The notes under the pieces were generated by a model. The model did not search any database, was not told the origin of the DNA, and saw only the letters and a list, made by a program, of their open reading frames with translations. The position numbers and the translations under genes are program-made. From an uncultured Chloroflexia bacterium (lineage in GTDB: Bacteria > Chloroflexota > Anaerolineae > Anaerolineales > Anaerolineaceae): a stretch of DNA of 32,000 bases. The stretch covers positions 1,740,001 through 1,772,000 of the forward strand of contig OY969938.1 of NCBI GenBank assembly GCA_963704755.1, given 5' to 3'. Numbering within the stretch: position 1 is the first letter of the stretch; the number at the start of each line of letters is the position of its first letter. Shown piece after piece: positions 8,258-16,831 of this stretch.

Positions 8258-9325
8258 TTAAGGGGCTAATGTCCAATCCGGTGAATCATTAAAACCTGGA
8301 AGATCAGTTAACTGGGTTATATTCGACCCATCTGGTTTCATTACATAGAGATTGTAATTCCCACTCAGGGTTGAAGAAAAAACAATATAATCGCCTCGCG
8401 GAGACCAAGAGGGATCAATATGGTTAATCAACGGAGTTGTTTCAGATCGAGGGGTAATTCTTAATATACAATCCTTGTTTGTGCCATCAGCGTTCATAAC
8501 GCTAATTCCCAAACAAGACCCTTGCAAAGAATTAAACGCAATTTGATTACTATCAGGCGACCAGCGAGGCGTTTTATCCATAGTGAACTGACTATTATTT
8601 AGCCCGGTTAATTGCCTTAGGATCGTGCCACTAATATTCATTAAATAGATACTTTCTGGTGAATATCTACTATTAATATTCTTTCTCAGAATTGCTGATA
8701 TTGCAATCACATCTCCATTTGGAGACCAGGATGGTTGACCTTTCCAATCGCTATTATTTGTTATTTGTTGTTGCTGTGAACCGTCATTGTTAATTATATA
8801 GTATTCGCTGGCAGAAGTATCTGGGTTTGAAATGTAAATGATTTTTTTTCCATCTGGTGACCAGGTGGGATATCCCGCACCAGTTGGAGTTGTATCTTGT
8901 GTTAGCTGGCGTTGATCACTGCCATCCGCATTCATAACAAAAATTTGAGGAAGCCCTCCAGTGCTTCCAGTAAAGGCAATTAGTTTTCCATCTGGTGACC
9001 AGACTGGGGCGTATCCAGAAACCAAATTGGGAGTTAGGTTTTTCAACCCAGTTCCATCTGCATTGATTACATACACATTAAAAGAAGCATCAAATACGAT
9101 TTTCCCTTCTAGCGAAGATAAATCGAGTCCCCCTTGAGTTCCTTTCTGAACTGGCATAAAGGTTGGAAGTGAAGTTTGTACAAATGTAGATGTAGTAGTT
9201 AAGGTAGCGGTCAAAGTGGAGTTATTTGCTTCTGGGCCATTCTCAAGGCTTGCCACACACCCCATGAACAATAAACCCACAAAAAACAATAGCATGATAT
9301 CGTATTTGTGTTTTAGGTTTCGCAT
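8258..9325 (-). CDS. Canonical TolB-like PD40 beta-propeller lipoprotein (module 4 immunity candidate)
   Basis: 355 aa. Signal peptide MRNLKHKYDIMLLFFVGLLFMGC. Regular PD40 blades: VWSPDGKLIAFTG, TWSPDGKKIIYIS, SWSPNGDVIAIS, RWSPDSNQIAFNS, SWSPRGDYIVFSS, plus VINADGTG / VMNADGSD / IINNDGSQ / VMNADGTN / VMKPDGSN turns. AGGTG RBS 5 nt upstream. Confidence 0.85.
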   Translation of the reverse strand: MRNLKHKYDIMLLFFVGLLFMGCVASLENGPEANNSTLTATLTTTSTFVQTSLPTFMPVQKGTQGGLDLSSLEGKIVFDASFNVYVINADGTGLKNLTPNLVSGYAPVWSPDGKLIAFTGSTGGLPQIFVMNADGSDQRQLTQDTTPTGAGYPTWSPDGKKIIYISNPDTSASEYYIINNDGSQQQQITNNSDWKGQPSWSPNGDVIAISAILRKNINSRYSPESIYLMNISGTILRQLTGLNNSQFTMDKTPRWSPDSNQIAFNSLQGSCLGISVMNADGTNKDCILRITPRSETTPLINHIDPSWSPRGDYIVFSSTLSGNYNLYVMKPDGSNITQLTDLPGFNDSPDWTLAP

Positions 9326-9332
9326 GACACAC

Positions 9333-10172
9333 CTATTGAATGATTTTGCTCACCCTGGAAATAAAGTGGGTATTTTCCCCATATGCGTTGTCAAAATCGG
9401 ATTTTTTCATTGCACCTACAAAGTTGTCCAATTGTCCTAATCCATTTTGGTTGCCTACTTTTAGGTCAGAACCTGTATCCGCTACAGTAAAAACTTTTCC
9501 AGGATAAGCATCGATCATAACTTTATCGCCACACGCTAAGTCAGGGTTATTAGTGGCTACCGTTTTCCCTTCTTCGATTGGATATGAATATTTGCAAGAA
9601 CCTCCTTTTTTATAAATAAACACGAATTTTCCATTCTCTTTATCACTCAAGCCATCATCAATTGAGATGTAATGGTTATCCGCAGTGAGACCTGTACCCT
9701 GGACAAGGACACTCCAATGTTGATCCGTGGCATCGTCGTCCTCATAAATAAAATCAACATTATGAGTTTGAGTTTCGATTTTGTTTCCAACTTTCACCTG
9801 AATATCTATCGAACGGTCAGCCCAAGATGAACGAACACTATCATATTTATAATAATCATCACTCTCCATTGGTATAGTATAGTGAGTTATTAGGAAATCG
9901 TAATTAAATGGAATGCTTACTTGGGTTGCCGTCGCGGTGCAATAAGTGGGAGACGATGTTACTGTTTCATCAGTTGAGGTAACCGTGGTAGAAATTGTTA
10001 CTGCTTCAGTTGGAGTTCTGAGTCGGCATCGATGTAGGCTCTATAACAATTTCATCCGTTCCTGTAGAAGTCGTCACCGTTTTACTACACGCCGTCAAAC
10101 TCATCCCGACTGCCGCCACCATGACCAGGGCAATAAGCAACCCGTCCCACTTGGCACGTTTCTTCTTGCGTC
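9333..10172 (-). pseudogene. Cassette (module 4): junction signal peptide + Thr-rich linker + 3D (MltA/YuiC-like double-psi barrel) domain, one frameshift in the linker
   Basis: The signal-peptide frame reads RFFRRKKKRAKWDGLLIALVMVAAVGMSLTACSKTVTTSTGTDEIVIEPTSMPTQNSN* with its stop at 10007..10009. The body frame opens after TAG 10041..10043 and reads TPTEAVTISTTVTSTDETVTSSPTYCTATATQ...MESDDYYKYD... The body ends with ACGDKVMIDAYPGKVFTVADTGSDL...LDNFVG, the 3D-domain Asp pattern. No start codon precedes the basic region. Confidence 0.65.
10088..10172 (-). repeat. Junction block copy 4
   Basis: Hand alignment. Confidence 0.85.
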
Positions 10173-10258
10173 TAAAGAATCTATCTAAAATTTGCCCGAA
10201 AAAGCTTGGGAGAATAATTCGCCCATTACCATAACAGCCATGGGACGAAAATCAATAA

Positions 10259-11290
10259 TTAATCCATTGAATTCCACCATACTGCATCGCCAATATTTAT
10301 ACTTTCTGATGTGCGGATTATTTGGGTCAATCCTGTTCCGTCAGAATTGATTGCATAAATTTTGTAGTCACCATCTAGGTTGGAATTAAGTAGGATATGT
10401 TTACCATCAGACGACCATGTGATTCCTGAAAAGTAGATAAGGGCATTGGATGATTGTTTCAGCAAACAATTTTGCTCAGTCAGATCGAAACTATCGATTT
10501 CGATCCCAACGCATTGAGAAGTTCTTCGATCAGGTGAATAGGCAACCCACTTCCCATCTGGAGACCAAGCTACTGGCCCAGTTGTTACAAGCTCAGGATA
10601 TTCCTTTTGGACGATACCATTCTCATCTACCACATAATTAACGAATGAAAATCTAGTATTAAACTCCGAAATCGCAATCAGCCCATCAGCACGGTAATAG
10701 CCCGTCAAAGGAATATCGTCAGGTTTTTTCTCCACAACAAATCGGTGTCTATCTGTTCCATCTGATTTCATAATATAGATTTGAGGCACTGATTTGCCGT
10801 TAATATTTACAAACTCATCATCAAATGAACCGAACATAATAGTTTTTCCATCCGGAGACCAGGAAGGTTTAAAATCACTTTTATCCCCAGATGTTAATCG
10901 GGTAAAGCCAGAGCCATCGGGTTTAATAATGTATATCCGATATATATCACCTTCCCACGCTGAAAAGGCAATAGATTTTCCATCAGAGGCCCAGGAAAGA
11001 TCGCCAATATACTTAAGACTCGGAGGAGTAACATCAACCTGATTACTGCCATCCGCATTCATAACTTGAATATGATAGTCAGGCATAACACCGGTTATAA
11101 AGGCAATTTTTCCGGTAAGAAATGCCAATGGCGAAGTAGCTGTTGCCAAACCAGATTCTGTTTCTGTTAATGAATGAGTGGGTTGTTGAGTAGGCATAGA
11201 TTCAAAAACAGAGCACCTAGAAAGATTGGTTATGGCAAGGAAGATAATATAAAAGGCCTTTATTATTACGATAACAAAATTCTTTCTCAT
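10259..11290 (-). CDS. Canonical TolB-like PD40 beta-propeller protein with N-terminal signal/anchor (module 3 immunity candidate)
   Basis: 343 aa. Motifs VMNADGSN, SWASDGKSIAFSA, IIKPDGSG, SWSPDGKTIMFGS, IMKSDGTD, AWSPDGKWVAYSP, TWSSDGKHILLNS, AINSDGTG. Its start overlaps the upstream stop as ATGA (11287..11290). Confidence 0.85.
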   Translation of the reverse strand: MRKNFVIVIIKAFYIIFLAITNLSRCSVFESMPTQQPTHSLTETESGLATATSPLAFLTGKIAFITGVMPDYHIQVMNADGSNQVDVTPPSLKYIGDLSWASDGKSIAFSAWEGDIYRIYIIKPDGSGFTRLTSGDKSDFKPSWSPDGKTIMFGSFDDEFVNINGKSVPQIYIMKSDGTDRHRFVVEKKPDDIPLTGYYRADGLIAISEFNTRFSFVNYVVDENGIVQKEYPELVTTGPVAWSPDGKWVAYSPDRRTSQCVGIEIDSFDLTEQNCLLKQSSNALIYFSGITWSSDGKHILLNSNLDGDYKIYAINSDGTGLTQIIRTSESINIGDAVWWNSMD

Positions 11291-12338
11291 GGTTGCACTC
11301 GGGCTGCCTTGAAACGTTTCCCATCATATTGTGTAAATGAGGGATTATGATAATAATTATCGTAGGTCTGTGCACCCACATAAATATCGAAGTGATCTGG
11401 GCCACCATCGGGAACCGTAAAGGTTCCCGAATCACTTACCGTAAAAACTGTGTTCTCGAATCCCGGAATGTCTAGATAATATTTATCACCACATCTATGA
11501 CCGTCCTCCAAATTCAATTTATCGCTGGCAACGGCAATACTTGCGTTTTCTGTCAATGAAATACCGCACGCGCCATGAATTTCGTTTGTAAAGTAATACA
11601 CAGCGCTGGGCTGCCAGTTGTTAACTGGATCGGGGAGGTGATTCTTATCAACGTCTGCTTGAACATATTTCAAACCTCCACTCATTTGCAATGATTGAGA
11701 TTCGGTTAACTCACCTGACCCTTGAAGGGATACACGCCAATTTCCACAGTTACCCTCACATGCATTTCCAACGTAGAAGGCATATTTAGGAACTTTATCG
11801 TAATAAATATCTGCTTTGCTTGAGAAGGGTGGTGAATAAAATGGCACATATTTTTGAAGATTTTTATCTTCGGAAGAAAAAAAAGGATCGTTTTCTGTCA
11901 CTGTAGCATAATGAGTGATTAATACTGTATCTGCGAGCCAATCCCTCAGAGCTGCTGTCCCAGTGCATAGAGTAGGTGTAACCGAAGGAGTCGGCGTTGG
12001 AGTTTGAGTTTTCTGTGTGATTGTTGCCGAATAATTAAAAGTCTGTGTTGCCGTTGATGGAGGCATTACCTGTCCTTCTATTGTTGCCGTGGGCGTCTCC
12101 GCCGAGAAAGAACATGCTGTCAAGGTAACACCGAATGCCGCCACCATGACCAACGCAATGAGCAGCCCATCCCACTTGCCACGCTTTTTCTTGCGCCCGA
12201 AGACCAGCGCCAGCAGGGCCAACGGCGCCACCAATGAGGCAGACGGGTCCCAGGGAACATATGGGTTGGTCTGGTTGGTTTTGGCGTCGCGGGTGAGGAA
12301 GCGCCCGGTAGATGGGTCATAATACTGGCCGTTGCCAA
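11287..12338 (-). CDS. Only uninterrupted cassette (module 3): Rhs-core remnant + hydrophobic/KKKRGK/lipoprotein-signal-peptide junction + Thr/Pro linker + 3D (MltA-like) domain
   Basis: The stop-to-stop frame is open from 12338. It reads VGNGQYYDPSTGRFLTRDAKTNQTNPYVPWDPSASLVAPLALLALVFGRKKKRGKWDGLLIALVMVAAFGVTLTACSFSAETPTATIEGQV...TPTPTPSVTPTLCTG...SIAVASDKLNLEDGHRCGDKYYLDIPGFENTVFTVSDSG...HFDIYVG. There is no ATG; the first alternative start is TTG 12234, so independent translation is doubtful. Confidence 0.7.
12112..12338 (-). repeat. Junction block copy 5, extended with Rhs-core remnant, core and signal peptide in phase
   Basis: Hand alignment. This is the most diverged copy, and most of its differences are synonymous in the signal-peptide frame. 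Confidence 0.8.
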
Positions 12339-12482
12339 CTTAACAGAGGCAAGTTATTAGTCCCATAATGCCACTCAATTAACCAGAGCAAAATTGAGCC
12401 CTACAAAATACTAACATAATTGCAATTAAGAACAAATAGCGGAATGGGAAAAAGAAATTATTGTCATTAACTTTGGCTTCAA

Positions 12483-13758
12483 TTAATTTGGTTTTACAAT
12501 CCATCCAATGGCATTAGAATCAGTGGCAAGATTATATAACTTTCGGGTTTGAATATCGACCAGGAGTAACTCACCAAAACCATTAACATCTGTATTGGAT
12601 ATTGCCAAAAAATGGCTGTCGGGTGACCAAACTGGTGGTACATTCTCATTGTTTGCTGAAGGCAGGGCGTTGATACAAAAACCTTGGGGAACCTCTGAAT
12701 GTAAATCCAGGATTATGTATTTTGAATCGGTTTCCCCGTTCCAATCATACTCGATTTGGAAGGCCAGGTATTTTCCATCCCAAGACCGGCTGGCTTTTGA
12801 AAAAACTGGGGGGCTTTTGAGAAAACTGTTGAAATTTGTAATTCGCTTGATATCCCCATTTCTGGTGATTTGATACCATTCTATCCCGTGATCTGGCCAA
12901 ACATCCATGATCAAAAAGTCGCTTCCATCACTTGACCAAAGTGGATTGTTTGTCCAACTTTCATAAAAATAATCCAGTTTTGCCACAACGGAGTTATTTT
13001 CAATATTCCATAATGCCAAATAAATCATGTCATCCGATTCTTGGGGATAAACCAACCGGGTAAGCGTAGGATCGGGCAAAACATCCCCATGTCCAAAAAA
13101 ATTTGGGGATGCTACGCCGCCCGATTTAAAGGTTTTATAATCCGGTAAATCCTCCAATCGGAATACATGTTCCTTTTCTGTGAATGGATTCCAGATAACT
13201 GTTGTAAAAAAACCTTCTCCATTTATTTGGTGGGTGATAAGTAATGAATCCTTGGAAAACCAGCCTTCTAAAAAGTGATAATCTTCTTTTCTTACTTTCT
13301 GACCTTCCGAACTACCCACTAAAAAACTAGAAACAGGTTCTACAGCAGAGAGAGTCTGGTCATTATTTTGATAGGCGACCCATTTCCCGTCCGGCGAAAT
13401 AAAATAATTCCATGGAAAATTCTCAAGAGAAATGTTTAGATCAACCTTTTTATTGGTATCGAAACTATACAAAGCTGGGATCCCTTCATGCACGACAAAC
13501 AGATTCCAAGGAAGATCGTCGCCGTCTAGAAACGAAGAAGATGTTTCCAAACAACCTGAGAATAACAAATCCTGCAAACTTTGTACTTTTGGTTGTGTCG
13601 TTATTTTTGTAGGAAGCAAAATAGGGGTAGTATTTTCTCCTCCGCTAGTCGCTGTGGGTTGATCGGAAATGCTAGAAGAATTTAAAACTGTGGTCACTGC
13701 AACCGATCAACAGTATAGTAACGAAAAAGTATCCGAGAAAAAATTTCCATTTTGGCAT
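12483..13758 (-). pseudogene. Family-1 PD40-like beta-propeller lipoprotein with a frameshift just after the lipobox (module 2 immunity candidate)
   Basis: ATG 13758 gives MPKWKFFLGYFFVTILLIGCSDHSFKFF*. The 404-aa body ORF (12483..13697) is in another frame that is closed upstream by TGA 13707..13709, so the shift lies within 13672..13707. The body has ISPDGKWVAY, LWSSDGSDF, SWDGKYLAF and VWSPDSHFLAIS motifs and ends ...AIGWIVKPN. Confidence 0.65.
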
Positions 13759-13787
13759 TTCTTGCCTTTCATTTCTCTTTATGGTTT

Positions 13788-14573
13788 TTATTCTGACCAT
13801 CGAGCCGGGTTATCGCAAAGTGCGGAATGAGTTATACCTCCTAATGGATTCGAGTTATTGTAGAAATTAAGTTGACAGAATGTGAAGGCATAGTAATTCT
13901 CTATATTAGCCCCAATCTGATTGATTTTTCGGCCAAATTTTTCCACTGTAGAAGATTTAGATATTACATTACTATAAAAAGTCGGATTAAATCCAGACTT
14001 GCTGTTTCCCCATTCTATTAGGGGATCATCTATCGCTGATCCTTCTTTCCAATGATCCATCAAAACCAGTGTCACTGTATCCCCCAATCAGCCTGCTGAA
14101 AAAACTTCACAGTAGCCGGTTACCAACAAAGCACCGGGGATACTGGTCCCTGGGTTTCTTTTGTAAAAAGCATAATGAATATATTGGTTAAGATTATATC
14201 CATTGATTTATGCTATTTTTCGCAACAAGGTGGCAAAACTGAAGAAATGGCTGCTTGACTTTGGGTTCTCCCTTAAATAGTCATCGAGAATTCTGACGTC
14301 GTTGTTGGCGTTGACGTAGGTTCCACCTGTCCTTCTACCGATGCCGATGGAGTCTCCGTAGAAAAAGTACACGCCGTCAAACTCATCCCGACTGCCGCCA
14401 CCATCACCAGGGCGATGATCAAACCATCCCACTTGCCGGTCTTCCCCTTGTGCATCAGCAGGGCTAATGGCGCCACCAGCGAGGCAGATGGGTCCTTGCG
14501 AAGCACCCTGTGGGCAGGGGACGTAGGGATTGGTCTGGTTCGCCTTGGCCTCGCGGGTCAGAAAGCGCCCGGT
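13788..14573 (-). pseudogene. Cassette (module 2): Rhs-core remnant + junction signal peptide + linker + unrecognised body; several lesions
   Basis: The remnant reads TGRFLTREAKANQTNPYVP. A 19-nt length difference relative to copy 5 puts it out of phase with MLRKDPSASLVAPLALLMHKGKTGKWDGLIIALVMVAAVGMSLTACTFSTETPSASVEGQVEPTSTPTTTSEFSMTI* (stop at 14273). The downstream frame is open to 13788 except for TAA 14208..14210 and TGA 14088..14090. I do not recognise the body domain (...GALLVTGYCEVFSAG*LGDTVTLVLMDHWKEGSAIDDPLIEWGN...) and its true frame is uncertain. Confidence 0.5.
14369..14573 (-). repeat. Junction block copy 6, extended with Rhs-core remnant (out of phase)
   Basis: 14487..14573 is identical by eye to 16709..16795 (87 nt). 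Confidence 0.85.
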
Positions 14574-14627
14574 GAAAACAAATCTTTAATATTAAAGAAT
14601 TAAAAGCACAGTCTTATCCTATTGCAT

Positions 14628-15658
14628 CTATTCATAAGGCCACAAATCTTTAGGGACCTGAATGCAATCTGGATAGTCTGAACTGGTAAAAGTGTTATAA
14701 AACTGATCAATAGACATAATTTGATCGATGGATCGATAGAAGTCCTTGAGGCGGCTTTCGCTCATCCATTTCCAATATTCTTGAGGAATATCTGCAACAA
14801 CATCAGCCAAACTTTTCGAACTCGTTCGGATTCCAGGAAATAATGGTAAGTTCATTAACCTGGCTCAAGCAACCAGTGAAATAATCACCTTCGATATTCT
14901 TAGGTAATAAATAATCAATCAAAAAACCTTGGCTCGGATAAAACAGCAGAACACTGAAAGGGATCCAGGACGATTGACGTGTAGGTACATCGTCTTCAGG
15001 GTCCGGGCCGAAATAAATATTTGTAGGTTTTCCATAGGCATTAAAAATTTGGGGTAACAAGTAATTGGCGTAATGAATTAGGAATGGCGATGTTTGATTC
15101 TTAAAAAATTCAGAAGATTTTTGGGTTTCAAAAACAGCAATATCTAAAAACAAATATTCTATTTCATTCCTTCCTCTATAGCGAAATGAAATATCCGTTT
15201 CCCAGTTGCCCTCCCAATCCATTAAATCTAGAGTTGAATCAAGCTCGGAAGATGCGCTATTTATATAATAATCACCCCAGGCATCAATATTCCCTGGTTT
15301 TCTGATAAATGCCAAAAAATCTTCCGGCGTTTGGGTTACAGGATTTATTCCCCAAATACAAGGCAAACTACAATCACCATTATTCTCGGAAATACCATAA
15401 AGAAAAGTCTTGAAATCAGAAGAGGTCATGGTCGGCGTAAATGTTTCGGTAAAGGAAGGCGTAATTGGGAAGGTGCCTTCTAGAGGTGGACTATTGATAT
15501 CCGCTTGAGTCGGTTTAATAAGAATTCGTAGGCGTATAAGTCACGACCGGAGACCAGGTTGAAGTTTCATTATAGGTGCCCACGCATCCGACCAACAAGA
15601 CCAGGAACCATAACCCGATCAATGGAAAATATATCTTTCTCAGTTGGATTTTATTCAT
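14628..15658 (-). pseudogene. Non-propeller lipoprotein with two frameshifts (module 1 immunity candidate)
   Basis: ATG 15658 gives MNKIQLRKIYFPLIGLWFLVLLVGCVGTYNETSTWSPVVTYTPTNSY* with its stop at 15515..15517. The 208-aa ORF 14803..15429 continues in another frame, open from about 15545 (IKPTQADINSPPLEGTFPITPSFTETFTPTMTSSDFK...). The 75-aa ORF 14628..14855 continues in a third frame. Confidence 0.55.
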
Positions 15659-15676
15659 AACGATTTTCCCAAGAAA

Positions 15677-16808
15677 TCAATTATTTGAAGGAAAAGGCGG
15701 GTTACCCGTCAGCCAAAGAGGCGTATGCTCGTTCATATAATCCCTCCTTTTCGTCCCCCAACTGTTTGCATCAATATCAACAAATCCTGCTCCATCATAA
15801 ACCCAACTCAGAAACATATCCGCAAATGCTTCACGATGCTTAATAATATCATCCTCAGGATTATTAGGTCTTACAGGATGCATTCTTCAAAGCATCGTTT
15901 GATATTCTGGACCTGGATAGTTAAACCCTGCAATTGTTAGAAATTCGCCATATGGATACGATAAAGTATATGGACTGCCAAGGACATATCCTTGTTTACC
16001 AGATTAGTCTTTATATGCCCAGAGATTCGCGAATGCATGACCTAACTCATGAATTACATTATGCACATTCATCTCATGGGCCATCTCAGGGGTTCTATTA
16101 TATTCGCCAGTCGCAGATTTAGATGGATCATAGAATGGCTTTTGAACTGCAAACTCTATCCACCAGGCTGAATGAGTATAACCACCTGCCCCATTACATG
16201 CAGGCAGGTTCCGACCAGAAATTTCAACTTATGGGATGCACTTAGCCGAAATATACTGATAAAACTTGTTATCGGATCCTTCCCTAAAGTACGCCCAAAT
16301 GCATTTGCCACCAGGATCACTGCGTCCTTGAAGTAGGATTTGTATTCGTCGATAACATCAACAAATTGTATAAGGTCCCATAATTCATCCCATCGATCGA
16401 TGGTGGGTTCAGGGGTTTTGGTTATAGTAGCCGTACAAGTAAACGTCGGGGGCGCTGTTACAGGCGGTGGGGTTTCTGTTTGATTAGGAACAATCGTCTT
16501 ACCAGTAGCTTCAACTGTATAATCTCCATTCGGTGTAGGCGTAGCCGTAATTTGGGCGGACAAGGTGGATGTATTAACCGCAGTTGGATCACACACCGTC
16601 AAACTCAAACCCACTGCCGCCACCATCACCAGGACGATAATCAAACTATCCCACTTACCACGCTTTTTCTTGCGGCCGAAGATCAGCACCAGCGCCACCA
16701 GAGAGGCGGATGGGTCCTTGCGAAGCACCCTGTGGGCAGGGGACGTAGGGATTGGTCTGGTTCGCCTTGGCCTCGCGGGTCAGAAAGCGCCCGGTAGATG
16801 GGTAGATC
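15677..16808 (-). pseudogene. Cassette (module 1): Rhs-core remnant + junction signal peptide + Thr/Pro linker + gluzincin-type metallopeptidase domain (HELGH ... EAFAD), decayed
   Basis: ORF 16156..16728 reads MLRKDPSASLVALVLIFGRKKKRGKWDSLIIVLVMVAAVGLSLTVC...TAPPTFTCTATITKTPEPT... There is then a frameshift within 16156..16228. My translation continues ...ACNGAGGYTHSAWWIEFAVQKPFYDPSKSATGEYNRTPEMAHEMNVHNVIHELGHAFANLWAYKD, then TAA (16004..16006), then SGKQGYVLGSPYTLSYPYGEFLTIAGFNYPGPEYQTML, then TGA (15887..15889), then RMHPVRPNNPEDDIIKHREAFADMFLSWVYDG... Confidence 0.65.
16591..16808 (-). repeat. Junction block copy 7, extended with Rhs-core remnant (out of phase)
   Basis: KIYPSTGRFLTREAKANQTNPYVP..., then the same 19-nt-longer variant seen in copy 6. 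Confidence 0.85.
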
Positions 16809-16831
16809 TTATTATCCGCAAAATCTTCATT

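Noticed and set aside
13997-14200. 27-codon ORF MDIILTNIFIMLF(T/I)KETQGPVSPVLCW present in both copies of the 400-nt duplication (about 14117..14200 and 3823..3906)
   Set aside because: The two copies are conserved only because the DNA was duplicated. There is no RBS and no independent evidence for translation.
14583-14598. 16-bp perfect palindrome TCTTTAATATTAAAGA right at the upstream boundary of junction copy 6, considered as a possible recombinase site
   Set aside because: It occurs only once. The other block boundaries lack it. AT-only palindromes of this size are common in DNA of about 30% GC. No recombinase gene is present in the window.
4078-16808. Regularly recurring conserved block, considered as a possible CRISPR-like or other interspersed non-coding repeat array
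   Set aside because: The copies are 65-225 nt long and spaced 1.7-3.9 kb apart. They are coding (signal peptide with lipobox) and diverge mostly at synonymous sites. There is no short-repeat/short-spacer structure.
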